Positions 12,358 to 24,704 of a DNA stretch of 64,000 bases are shown piece after piece. Both the position numbers and the translations under genes were made by a program. Each line of letters starts with the position of its first letter. Position 1 is the stretch's first letter. Source of the DNA: Mobula hypostoma (lineage: Eukaryota); NCBI RefSeq assembly GCF_963921235.1, contig NC_086108.1, positions 67,272,001 through 67,336,000 of the forward strand, written 5' to 3'. Below the pieces are notes generated by a model. It searched no databases and was not told the DNA's origin. It saw only the letters and a program-made list of their open reading frames with translations.

Positions 12358-12700
12358 TTGGCATCTACATAGCACTTTTTCTGATTGCAGGACATCCTAA
12401 AATAATGTACAACCAGTGAGATAATCACTGATGATCTATTGATCGCTGATAATCTGATAATCGATTTTCATGGCTTTATTAATGGCGCGGAAACTAGGAA
12501 GAACTTCCTCACACCTCTTCAAAATAGAACCTTAGCATCTTTTACATCAGTATGTGAGGGTAGGCACAGCAGATTTAATGTTATCTGAACTACAGCACCA
12601 CTGATGCTGCAGAGCTACCATCGTACTGTGCCTGTATTGCCAGCTTAGCTTCAGTCATTTTTACTGTATGGCTTGAACCCCAAATCTTCAAGCTCACATC
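12358..12700 (-). mobile_element. Deu-domain SINE (SacSINE1/AmnSINE1-like), diverged
   Basis: CTCTTCAAAATAG..CATCTTTTACATC..TGAGGGGTAGGC..ATTTAATGTTATCTGAA..CAGCACCACTGATGCTGCAG..GTACTG resembles the antisense Deu core; L2-like tail at ~12360-12420. Confidence 0.6.
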
Positions 12701-12771
12701 TAAGTTGATAAATAGTGGAAGAAAATAACCAGTAAGCCTTTCTCAATATATTGTAAAATAAAGAGCAACAA

Positions 12772-13148
12772 GCTGATGAAAGGTGACCTGATAGAAGTGT
12801 ATAAGATGATGAGGGGCATAGATCATGTGGATAGCCAGAGGCTTTTTCCCAGGGCAGAATTGGCTAACATGAGGGGGCATAGTGTTAAGGTGTTTGGAGG
12901 CAGGTACAAGAGGGATGTTAGAGTTTTTCACACAGAGTGGTGGGTGCATGGAATGCACTGCCAGCGACAGTGGTGGAGCCAGATACAATAGGGTATTCTA
13001 AGAGACTCTTAGATAGGTACATGAATCTTAGAAAAATAGAGGGGTATGCAGTAGGGAAATTGTAGGCAGTTTCTAGAGTAGGTTACATGGTCAGCACAAC
13101 GCTGTGGGCCAAAGGGCCTGTAATGTGCTGTAGATCTCCATGTTTCTA
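12772..13148 (+). mobile_element. CR1 LINE 3' end
   Basis: ORF 12776-12991 MKGDLIEVYKMMRGIDHVDSQRLFP..RGHS; 3' UTR ends ..CCATGTTTCTA. Confidence 0.9.
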
Positions 13149-13149
13149 C

Positions 13150-13435
13150 CCACCATTATCTACAATGATGAAGTGCTTTGAGAGGTGGTCATGGATAGAA
13201 TTAACTCCTGCCTGAGCAAGAACCTGGAACCATTGCAGTTTGCTTACTGCCACAATTGATCTACAGCTGATGCAATTTTACTGGCTCTCCTCTCAGCCCT
13301 GGGCCACCTGGACAATAGTAACAACTATGTATGGCTGCTGTTTATCAATTATAGCTTGTCGTTCAATTCCATCATGCCTCCTCTACTAATCAACAAGCTT
13401 CAAAACCTGGGCTTCTGTACCTCCCTCTGCAACTG
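13150..13435 (+). mobile_element. Rex1/Babar RT fragment
   Basis: ATGAAGTGCTTTGAGAGG (MKCFER), CCATTGCAGTTTGCTTAC (PLQFAY), and LLFINYSLSFNSI-like segment. Confidence 0.8.
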
Positions 13436-14720
13436 AGCTTTTCAATTTCATCAGCTTTGCCCCTAACTTCCACCCTGACCTTATGTTCACTTGGTGCATT
13501 TCTGACACCTCCCTCCCCTTTCTCGATCCCTTTGTCTTCATCTCTAGAGACAAACTGTCAACAGACATCTTTTATAAACCTACCAATTCCCACGATTATC
13601 CTGACTCTACCTCTTCCCACCCTGTCTTGTAAAAATGATATTCTCTTTTCCCAGTTCATTTGTCTCTGTTGAATCTGTTCCCAGGATTCGGCTTTCTTGG
13701 CCCTTCCTCCACCATTGATGCTGCCCTCACCTGCATTCCCTCCATTTCCCGAACACCGCCTTAACAGTAATAGAAGGACTCTTGTCTTTTCTTACCTCTC
13801 CATGCACCTCTTCGTCCAACACATCATCTTCCCCAACTTTTGCCATCTCCAAAGGGATGCTATCACTGAATATATCTTTACCTCTGCTCCTCTCTCCATT
13901 TTCTGCAGGGATCCCACCCTCCATGATTTCCTTGTCCATTTGTCCTTCCCCACAAATCTTCCTCCCACACTTATCCCTGCCAGTGGCCTAAGTGCTAAAC
14001 CTGCCCATTCAACTCCTGCGAATCTGCTGGGGTCCTCTATTAAGTCTGGTGCTCCTGATGTGGTCTCCCGCATATCACTTCACCTGCGAATCTGCTGGGG
14101 TCCTCTATTATGTCTGGTGCTCCTGATGTGGTCTCCCGCATATTGGCGAGTCCTGTCGTAAATGGGGGATCACTTCAACGAACAACTATACCCCATCTGC
14201 CAAAAGCAGAACTACCTCGTGGCCAAGCATTTTGATTCCTATTCCCATTGCAACATATTGGTCCATGGCCTCCTTTTGTGCTGTGATGAGGCCATCCTCA
14301 GGTTGGAGGAGCAATACCTTATTTTGCATCTGGGTAGCCTCCAACCTGATGGCATGGATATTGATTTCTCCTTCCAGTAAAAAAAAATCCCTCCCCTTCC
14401 CCTCTTCTTCTATTCCTCTTACCTCTCCTCACCTGCCTATCATGCCCTACTCCCCCCAGGTCCCCTCCTCTTTCCCTTTCTCCTATGGTCCACTCTCCTC
14501 TCCTATCAGATTCGTTTCTCTCCAGCCCTTTACCTTTCCTACCCACTTGGCTTCACCTATAACCTTCTAGTTATCCTCCTTCTCCTCCCCCCACCTTCTA
14601 ATTCTGGTGTCTTCCCCTTTCCTTTCCAGTCCTGAAGATGGGTCTCAGCCTAGATCGTCAACTGTTTATTCATGTCCTCTGATTCTGCCTGAGCTGCTGA
14701 GTTCGTCCAGTGTTTTTGTA
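13436..14720 (+). mobile_element. Penelope-like element 3' portion (RT C-terminus, GIY-YIG region, terminal repeat), decayed
   Basis: LPFLD..YKPTNSHDY-like segment; ORF 14162-14380 (GDHFNE..VAKHF..LEEQYLILHLGSLQPDGMDIDFS); degenerate hammerhead at ~14628-14664. Confidence 0.85.
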
Positions 14721-14797
14721 TAATAATATATATATATACACACACACATATATACATACATACACACACATATACATACATATATACACATACACAC
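14720..14797. repeat. (TA)n/(CA)n compound microsatellite
   Basis: tatatatatatacacacacacatatatacatacatacacacaca... Confidence 0.9.
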
Positions 14798-16989
14798 TTA
14801 CTGTAATTCACAGTTTATTTGCTCTATTATTGTGTATTGCATTCTACTGCTGCTGCAAAGATAAATTTCATGACATATTCTAATGATATTAAACCTGATT
14901 CTGATTTTGAACCCAAGCTTCAGGAATCCTGGCATTTTAATTTCCCTTCCCTTTCTCCCCCTGATTCCCTATCCTTCACTGTTCCAACAAGGATGGGCAT
15001 TTCTGACTTTCAGTAAAATGCATCCTTCTGGACTCAACAATGTGTTCCATAGTTCTCCAGCACAGCCATTGTTCCCTCTTTTACAGGTAGCAGTATTGAC
15101 AATAATTGTGTTCTTTCCACTTACACTACTTCTAAATCTATTCTTTGTTTTTCTACTTGTTGCATTAGCATGCTCATCTGGATTGTGCCTTCATTCTGTC
15201 TGTCATTTAATCTTCCCTGCATTCCATCTGATCACAGACGTCTATTTTGTCATTTTGCCTGATTTTCACAACCACCAATCCACTGGCACTCTTGCTATTC
15301 TTGCACTTGTTTAAAACCTCTTAACACATTATTTTTTCTCTCTCTTTCTGGCAAAAGGTCGTTAACTAGAAATCTAGCTTTGTTTCACTCTCTACAGATG
15401 GTGAATAACCTGTTGAGTCTGTGAAACATGGTATGAATTACATTCACTGTGAAATTATGGTGAGCAACTATCAACAATTGGGAGCTTTCACTCCCAAGTA
15501 TTGCACTGTAAAACTGGTAAATGCAGGTCAGGTGTTTCCCTACTGTAAAAGAAAGAATTTCACCTTCCATGCCACCCTCTATCGATCAGACTAAGAGACT
15601 AAAAGCTGATGGTAAAGGCACATTTATATTCTTCCCTCCCTACCCAACATCCAGTCCCAGCCCTTCTAGTCAACTCCTCCTGGGTAAACTAAATAATTGT
15701 TAATCTAAAATGAAGTGCAACTGAACATGGGAAACATGTCCAATAATTCTAAAACCATATTTATTTGGGTAAGATTGTGGATCTTAGAAGATTTACTGAA
15801 ATGTGTACATTTTATGCTGGGAGCTTTCACTTATTCTGTAGTGATTTACTTTTTATTTTTGTTATTGTATGAATTCTAATCTTTATTATGATATGTAATC
15901 TTGTCAGCAGAGGCCCCAGTAAAAACGTAAATTTCAGTGGCTAATTGGGTTTGCACAGTTTTCAGATTTCAAACAAGAAAGATTCCATTCTGCAATGGAA
16001 ATTTATAGTTGCTGTGTTTTAACACATGCAATTCGATTGTAACTGCTGTCAAATGTGCTAGGATTACCCTAATGCATTCCAGACTGCAGAATCATCTATG
16101 CGTGATTCAACTTCTTGGCTTTAATCATTTTTCTGCACCAAAGCCAACTGAAAGGTTAAACATTTTACTGCTGTGCCATAAATTACATTATTATAATTTA
16201 TTCCACCCTTGCTCTGTTGACTAGATCCAAACAAGAAGGGATTTTTTTCAGGATGATTTAGTATTTAGAGCATGTGAGTATGTCTGGGAACAGAAGTCTT
16301 TATTCAGCTTGGTCATATCCTCTGCTCAAGTTCTGCCCTTTGACTGAAAGCTTTGGCAAACATTAAGTTTACTCAATGAAATTATTTCTGAATACTTAGC
16401 AGTCACATTTATCTCAAAATATTGGACAACATATAATCTGACGTCTCACTGCTGCCTTTTACGTGATCAATGGTTAACTTTCTAAAATATCCTGCAACAT
16501 TTACCTACTTATGTTAACCCACATGATGGATTTGTGGGAATGATCTTATTTTATTTTAGGAGGGTTTTGTGCTGATGTTGCTGCTGACTGGCAGTTCTCC
16601 ATGTTTTACACTCATATAACTGGTGGATTATATAAGCTTTTATTCTTTTCTACCCTTCAAGCCCCAAGGCTTAGGCCCAATTGATGTGAAAAGCCTTTGC
16701 TATATTATGGAACCCAATCTAATTTTTTCATTATAATGGTTCCTTTCATTAGTGTTTGATTTGAGGTCCAATGACAATTATGACAGTCCTGAGACAGATG
16801 TAATCTAATACAAATAAATAAGTACTTAATCTAAAATGGAGTTTGCAAGTGGACGTAGGAAACATGTCCGATAATTTTAATTCTGGTCAAGTAAAGACCA
16901 GTGATTATAAAGTTGAGGCTTTATGGAGTAATGCATGAAGCCTTCGAAGCATCTCACAAAATAGTACTATTGAAGCACTACAAAAAAAA

Positions 16990-18390
16990 AGATAGAAATA
17001 CTCAGATAGCAACTGTAAAGGGAGAAATATAGCTGGCATTTCAAGTTGCTGACTTTTCATCAGAAGTAGGAAAAGTTAACTAAGAAATGTTTTACATTGT
17101 AAAGAAGAGGGAGAATGGAGAAGGAGAGTCTGCAATAGACCAAGAGACTGAGTGGCACAAGCGGTAATAGTGAAAGTGGACTTGTTCCACACAGCTAACC
17201 TGTGGAGGAGATAAATAAATACAGGAGAAAGAAAAGTATGGAAATTTTGAGATACAAAATGCTGCACTTTTTATAGTAAATTGTAAAACAATTTGTAAAT
17301 TGAAAAAGCAGAAAATGCTGGAAGCATTCAGCACATGGGATGGCAGCTATGGAGAGAAAAGTGAAATTGATTGTGCAGTTTGATTATTTTTGATTAATTC
17401 TGCCACAAACCAAAAAAGCTGATTATGTGAAATAATTGAATTTGGTGTCAAGTCATGAGGGCTGCAATGCAACATCAAAAATGAGAAGGTGTTTCTTGAG
17501 TTTCTATTGGGATTTGTTTGAAGAGTGTACGGGCCTAGGACAGAGCGACTACAATGAAAGTGAGACGGAGAACTAAAATGGCAGGCAACCGGAAGCCCAG
17601 GCTCACCTGCGGGACTGAATGGAAGGAAGTATTCAGTAAATTAGACACTCAGACTGTGTTTGCATTCTCCATTGTAGTTGAGACCACATCATGAGCCCTG
17701 AACACTCTACACAGCAAAGCAACAGGCCCCTCGGCCTATGATGTTCGGTTGAACACAAGATTTGAAGAAGAACATGGAAGGATGGTTTGGGTGATGGAAT
17801 GATGAAGGAACTAGGTCAAAGTGCAAAGTAAAATTTCCTCCAGATGCATGAGGATTTGGTGGAAATCGAAAAGTGACATTGCAAAGGACACAGTGCCTTT
17901 GGGATATTGAAAAGGATTCAGAGGACTGAATGTACCGGGTGGTGATATCACTTTAATTATAACAGGATTATGGAGGATGATGTATTGGATGTGAGGGGCT
18001 GATTGATTGGAAGTGGAAGACAAAGGGAAACAACAAATTTCATGACATATGTCAATTATAATAAACATGATTTAGAAAAGGAGTACAAGTAAATGAGACA
18101 GATGTTGTTGAGCGCCCCAGCAACCGAAATGCAGGGGAAAAGCAGAGTGAAGGAGAATGGAAAACGTCTTAGAAGCACTCCTTGGGAAAGAGTCAGCATC
18201 AGACTAGAAGTGATGGAGCTGGAAAAGCTGGGAGAATGAATTAGTGTTCTTACAGGAGGAAGAGTAGGAAAAAGTGAGATCTAATCAGCGATGAGAGTCT
18301 GTGGGATTTAAAGTATGTACCCTGATAAGGAGATACAAATGGAAGAGTCAGAGATAGAAATTAGCAGCCAGGTTGATGAAATTTTTGAAT
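16990..18390 (-). mobile_element. Old Penelope-like element remnants
   Basis: Degenerate hammerhead at ~17030-17066 (minus: CTGATGA-A-AAGT-CAGCA-ACTT-GAAA), GAAAATGCTGGAA..TCAGCA terminus motif at ~17310, and purine-rich antisense PLE-like ORF remnants. Confidence 0.5.
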
Positions 18391-18686
18391 TGATGATTAA
18401 TATTTTTCACCCATCTATGCCAAGCTGCTGTATACACTGGACAACAATTTTTTTGACAGTGTTGCTTCCTCAGAAATTTTCTTTGTTTTTGATAAACTTC
18501 TTGAATCTGAACACCAATATAACTTCAGACTACTTGTATCATGTGGGAATTTGGAGAAACAAGAAATTAACTTTTATTGAATATAATGCATTTAATTGCA
18601 TAATGGTGTTGATGCTTTACTATGGTTCAACTAAACTGAAAATGTTTTGCTGATGATTTTCATTTGTACTCAGTGTCTGAGGCTTC

Positions 18687-18908
18687 TCACTTAAGTGTCC
18701 AACAATAATCAGTCAGCACTGATGAATTCCAGTTGTTCTGAGGCCATTTCTCCATGACTGTAACGTCCTGGTGAAACCTTTCACCATGCTCGTCACTGAC
18801 AGTGCCAAGATATGTAGGGAAGTCTAAATGGGTATGCAGAAAATGAATTTTTAGTGACATGTTGCACTTCATGGTTTTGTATGTTTGAAGCATGTCAACC
18901 AGCTGCAT
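18687..18908 (-). pseudogene. Chapaev3-like transposase C-terminal fragment
   Basis: KCNMSLKIHFLHTHLDFPTYLGTVSDEHGERFHQDVTVMEK..LTDYCWTLK. Confidence 0.85.
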
Positions 18909-19035
18909 GTAGATTGGTGCTCTGTAGTTAGCAGGAAAATTTTTAACATCTTTGAATGCCTTCCATGTGATTTTTTTTCCAGTCCCACTAGAGGTTCTTT
19001 GAATTGCCTGTTACTGATGACCTGTTTGATTTGTG

Positions 19036-22000
19036 AACATAGAAACATAGAACATAGAAAGCCTACAGCACAATACAGGCCCTTTGGCCCACAAAGCTGT
19101 GCCGAACATGTCCCTACCATAGAACTACCTAGGCTTTACCATATAACTATATAACAATTACAGCAGGGAAACAGGCCATCTTGGCCTTTCTAGTCCGTGC
19201 TGTAATTGCTCTCACCTAGTCCCACCAACCTGCACTCAGCCCATAACCCTTCATTCCTTTCCTGTCCATATAGCTGTCCAATTTAACTTTAATCAACAAC
19301 ATCGAACCTGCCTCAACGACTTCTGCTGGAAGTTCGTTCCACACAGCTACCACTCTCTGAGTAAAGAAGTTCCCCCTCATGCTACCCCTAAACTTTTGCC
19401 CTTTAACTCTCAACTCATGTCCTCTTGTTTGAATCTTTCCCACTCTCAATGGAAAAAACCTATCCACATCAACTCTATCTATCCCCCACATAATTTTAAA
19501 TACCTCTATCAAGTCCCCCCTCAACCTTCTACGTTCCAAAGAATAAAGACCCAAATTATTCAATCTTTCTCTGTAACTTAAGTGATGAAACCCAGGTAAC
19601 ATTCTAGTAAATCTTCTCTGTACTCTCTCTATTTTGTTGACATCTTTCCTATAATTCAGTGACCAAAACTGTACACAATACTCCAAATTTGGCCTCACCA
19701 ATGCCTTGGACAATTTCAACATTACATCCCAACTCCTATACTCAATGCTCTGATTAATAAAGGCCAGCATACCAAAAGCTTCCTTCACCACCCTATCCAC
19801 ATGAGATTCTACCTTCAGGGAACTATGCACCATTATTCCTAGATCCCTCTGTTCTACTGCATTCCTCAATGCCCTACCATTTACCATGTATGTCCTATTT
19901 TGATTAATCCTACCAAAATGTAGCGCCTCGCAGTTATCAGCATTAAACTCCATCTGCCATCTTTCAGCCCACTCTTCTAACTGGCCTAAATCTCTCTGCA
20001 AGCTTTGAAAACCTACTTCATTATCCACAACTCCACCTATCTTAGTATCATCTGCATACTTACTCATCCAATTTACTACCGCATCATCTAGATCATTAAT
20101 GTATATGACAAATAACATTGGACCCAGTACAGATCCCTAGGCACACCACGAGTCACCGGCCTCCAATCTGACAAACAGTTATCCACCACCACTCTCTGGC
20201 GTCTCCCATCCAGCCACTGCTGTATCCATTCTACTACTTCAATATTAATACCTAACGATTGAACCTTCCTAACCAACCTTCCATGTGGGACCTTTTCAAA
20301 AGGCTTACTGGTCCATATAGACAACATCCACCGCTTTACCCTCATCAACTTTCCTAGTAACCTCTTCAAAAATTTCAATAGGATTTGTCAAACATGACCT
20401 TCCACGCACAAATCCATGTTGACTGTTCCTAATCAGACCCTGTCTATTCAGATAATTATATATACCATCTCTAAGAATACATTCCATCAATTTACCCACC
20501 ACTGACGTCAAACTCACAGACCGATAATTGCTAGGTTTACTCTTCGAACCCTTTCTAAACAAAGGAACAACATGAGCAATATGCCAATCCTCCGGCACCA
20601 TCCCGTTTCTAATGGCATTTGAAATATTTCTGTCAGAGCCACTGCTATTTCCACACTAACTTCCCTCAAGGTCCTAGGGAATATTCTGTCAGGACCCAGA
20701 GAATTATCCACTTTTATATTCCCTAAAAGCGCCAGTACTTCCTTTTCTTTAATCATCATAGTTTCCATAACTTCCCTACCTGTTTCCCTTATCTTGCACA
20801 ACTCAATATCCTTCTCCTTAGTGAATACCGAAAAAAAGAAATTGTTCAGAATCTCCCCCATCTCTTTTGGCTCCACACATAGCTGTCCACTCTGATTCTC
20901 TAAGGGACCAATTTTATCCCTCACTATCCTTTTGCTATTAATATAACTGTAGAAACCCTTGGGATTTATTTTCACCTTACTTGCCAAAGCAACCTCACAT
21001 CTTCTTTTAGCTTTTCTAATTTCTTTCTTAAGATTCTTTTTACATTCTTTATATTCCTCAAGCACCTCATTTACTCCATGCTTCCTATACTTATTGTAGA
21101 TATCTCCAAACCAAGTTTCCAATATCTCTTGAAAACCATGGCTCTCTCAAACTTTTAAACTTCCCTTTCAACCTAACAGTAACATAGAGATTCTGTACTC
21201 TCAAAATTTCACCTTTAAATGACCTCCATTTCTCCATTACATTCTTTCCATAAAACAAATTGTCCCAATCCACTCTCTAAATCCTTTCACATCTCCTCAA
21301 AGTTAGCCTTTCTCCAATCAAAAATCTCGACCCTGGGTCCAGACCTATCCTTGTCCATAATTATATTGAAACTAATAGCATTGTGATCATTGAACTTGAA
21401 GTGCTCCCCAACACAAACCTCCGTCACCTGACCTAACTCATTCCCTAACAGGGGATCCAAAGCTGCCCCTTCTCTAGTTGTTACCTCTATGTATGTTTAC
21501 CTCTATGTATTTACTCATAGCCCTCTATTTTTCTAAGCTCCATGTAGCCATCCAGATGTCTCTTAAAAGACCCTATCGTTTCCGCCTCCACCACCGCCAC
21601 CGGTAGCCCATTCCACGCACTCACCACTCTCTGTGTAAAAATCTTACCCCTGACATCTGCTCTGTACCTACTTCCAAGCACCTTAAAACTATGTCCTCTC
21701 ATGCCAACCATTTCAGCACTGGGGAAAAGCCTCTGACTATCCACATGATCAATGCCTCTCATTATCTTGTACACCTTTATCAGGTCACCTCTCATCTTCC
21801 ATCGCACCAAGGAGAAAAGTCCAAGTTCACTCAACCTTTCCTCATAAGGCATGCTCCCCAATCCAGGCAACATCCTTGTAAGTCTCCTCTGCACCCTTTC
21901 TATGGTTTCCACATCCTTTCTGTAGTGAGGCAACCAGAATCGAGTACAGTGGGGTCTAACCAGGGTCCTTTTTTGCTGCAACATTACCTCTCGGCTCTTA

Positions 22001-22268
22001 AACTCAATCCCACAGTTGATGAAGGCCAATGCACTATATGCCTTCCTAACCACAGAGTCAACTTGCATAGCAGCTTTGAGTGTCCTTCACACTGCCAAGA
22101 GTCTTGCCATTAATGTTATAATTCTGCCATCATATTTGACCTACCAAAATGAAACACCTCACACTTATCTGGGTTGAACTCCATCTGCCACTTCTCAGCC
22201 CAGTTTTGCATCCTATCAATGTCCCATTATAACCTCTGACAGCCCTCCACACTATCGACAACACTCCA
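19036..22268 (-). mobile_element. CR1 LINE copy A (19036-19140 plus ~21511-22268), split by CR1 copy B
   Basis: 3' tail AACATAGAAACATAG at 19036; ORF 21511-22068 is the CR1 ORF2 C-terminus; the two parts rejoin at CTAGGCTTTACC|CATAGCCC. Confidence 0.88.
19141..21495 (-). mobile_element. CR1 LINE copy B, 5'-truncated ORF2 (endonuclease C-terminus through RT), frameshifted
   Basis: ORFs 21091-21273, 20514-21122, 20305-20601 (NYRSVSLTSVVGKLME..SQHGF..SCLTN), 20088-20378 and 19216-20118 (YINDLD..KYADDTKIGG). Confidence 0.95.
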
Positions 22269-24238
22269 ATCCTGAGGAATCTATTCCTGCCTTGCTAAAA
22301 TTATTTAATGAATTTGGAGATTTTTCAGGATATAAAATAAATTGTAGTAAAAATGAACTGTTTCCTTTAAATGAATCTATTTCTATATATGATAATACTC
22401 CTTTCAAAGTCAAGGATTCCTTTAGATACTTAGTTGTTATAATCACTAAAAAATACTAGGATCTTTATAAAGCTAATTTTGCTCCCTTGGTAGATTCTAT
22501 AAAGTATTTATTTAGTAGATGGAACCCACTTACATTTTCACTTGTTGGTCGCATCCATATAGTCAAAATGATGATTTTACCAAAATTTTTATATTTATTT
22601 CAGAATATCCCTGTTATTCTGACTAAGAAGTTTTTTGATCAGATTGATTGTCTTATTTCATATTTTATTTGGAATAATAAAAGACCAAGAATTAGTAAAT
22701 GTCACTTACAAAAATTGAAAAAGAATGGAGGTCTCGCTTTGCCTAATTTAAGACTGTATTACCGGGCTGTTAATGTGCGATATATGTTCTTTTGGTTACA
22801 CTGAGTTGATAAGAACGATCGGCCAATTTGGGTAGACTTGGAATTGAAAGCTGTGAAACAGTTTTATTTAACCTTGTTACTGGGAGCTGCTTTACCTATA
22901 CAATTAGCTGAAGTTGCTAATTTAAATTTATACCCTGTGATTAAGCACTCTTTACAAACTTGGCTCCAGTTCCGTAATTTTTTTAATCTTAAGAAATTTA
23001 AACTTTGTAGTTTAATTTATCGAAATTACTTTTTTAAGCCTTCTTTGAGTGATCCAATTCTTTTACTTTGGAAAAATAAAGGTATTAATTTTTTTTTGGA
23101 TTTATTTAAAGAAGATAGACTGATGTCTTTTGGACAATTAGTTGATAAATATTCTCTTTCATACTCACACTTTTTACAATACCTTCAAGTTAGACATTTC
23201 TTACAAAAATATTTAAGTAATTTTCCTTACATATTGGATGCCGACTTGTTAGATACTATTATGAGTATGAACCCTTTGATGAAGGGTTCCATTGGAAGAA
23301 TTTATAATTTACTATTACAATGGGATATGCGTCCTTTATTTAAGGTTAAACAAGATTGGGAAAAGGAACTTAATTTGACTTTTACGATGGAGGACTGGAC
23401 GTGGATTCTGAAGTTGGTTAACTCTTCTTCGATCTGTGCTAGTCATTCACTGATTCAATTTAAAATTGTACATCATTACTATTTGACGAAGGAGAGATTG
23501 CCCGAAATGTTTCCTAATGTTGATAGTTATTGCAATAGATGTAAAACTGAGACAGCTACACTGACACACATGTTTTGGTCTTGTTCTATACTGGAACAGT
23601 TCTGGAAGTCAGTTTTTTCTACAATTTCTAAAGCACTTAAAATTAATTTACAACCTAACAAATTAACTGTGCTTTTTGGAATAATTCCTCAAAATATCCG
23701 CGGTATCTCTTTGTCTGACCAACATGTTATTGCATTTGTTACATTGATAGGTAGGAGGGCCATTTTATTGAAGGGGAAGGATATGTTGGCTCCCATTTTG
23801 TCACAATGTTTCTCTCAAGTGATGCTATGTCTTAGTTTGGAGAAAAGTAGAAGTTGAACCTTTGAACCTATGTTTGATTTTTAGAAAAGATGGGGTTCAT
23901 TTGCTCATTATTATCATTTGAGTTAATTGATAGATTTCCTCCATGATCCAATTGTAAATTTTTGGTGCATTTCTTTTTCTTGCTGGTGGTTTGATGTTCA
24001 TCTTTAGAAGCTTTTTGTAAGATGCATGGCTCCGGGGTTGAACACCTAATGGTTTTTTTCTCACTTTTCTTTGCTTTTGTAGGTGTTTTTTCCCTCTCTT
24101 TTTGTCACCAAAATTTTTTCAATCTTTAAAACTATGTTTTTTTTATTGAGACATTGTAAGTGTTGCCTACTTTGATGTACTCTTGTTAAGTTTAGATAAT
24201 AATAATTTAAAAAATTTTAAAAAAGAAAAAGAAAGAAA
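22269..24238 (+). mobile_element. L1-clade LINE, 5'-truncated: ORF2 C-terminus, T-rich 3' UTR and A-rich tail
   Basis: FGDFSGYKIN, GRIHIVKMMILPKFLYLFQ, GGLALPNL and Cys motif CNRCK..THMFWSC (ORFs 22487-22804, 22838-23857); tail ..TTTAAAAAAGAAAAAGAAAGAAA. Confidence 0.92.
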
Positions 24239-24704
24239 CTCTGCTCGCTTTTAAACTCATCCCGCTGTTCTCACTTGCCAACCTCCACGTGCTTGCGCAG
24301 TTGCGCCCCATTCAAATTGCTGAAGAAATAACCCTAATGGACCAACAAAAATGCCTTCCTTAATCTTGACATCAGTAATCCTGTGAAACATCAGTCTCAG
24401 GTATTGAAATCCTTCATGGAAATGTATCACCTTTCTAAACCCTGTCCTGCCATTCAGCATCCACCCTGCCAAAGCATACCCAGGCATGCCTGGACAAGAT
24501 AGAAAACTTTGCAGCTTACATTATGGGCAACATTCTAATTGACTTCAATTATGAATTGAGATAACAATTAAAGGTGATTTCTAAACAATGGTGTGTGCTA
24601 GGGAAATCTCATTGTGTTTTTCATGATCAACATCCCAAAATCCCTAAGGTGCACCCAAAAGTAGTCAGGAAACAAAATCTTTGTTGTCCAGTGATATCGA
24701 TTAC

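Larger units (their letters stand above)
18435..24693 (-). mobile_element. Chapaev3-type (CMC superfamily) DNA transposon, internally deleted (~0.96 kb of its own sequence), carrying a 5.3-kb nested insertion
   Basis: Perfect 13-bp TIRs CACTGGACAACAA (18435-18447) and TTGTTGTCCAGTG (24681-24693), 3-bp TSD ATA. Transposase motifs EGFQYL..KIKEGIFVGP|QIKQVI and CNMSLKIHFLHTHLDF..VSDEHGERFHQD..LTDYCWTL. Confidence 0.85.
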
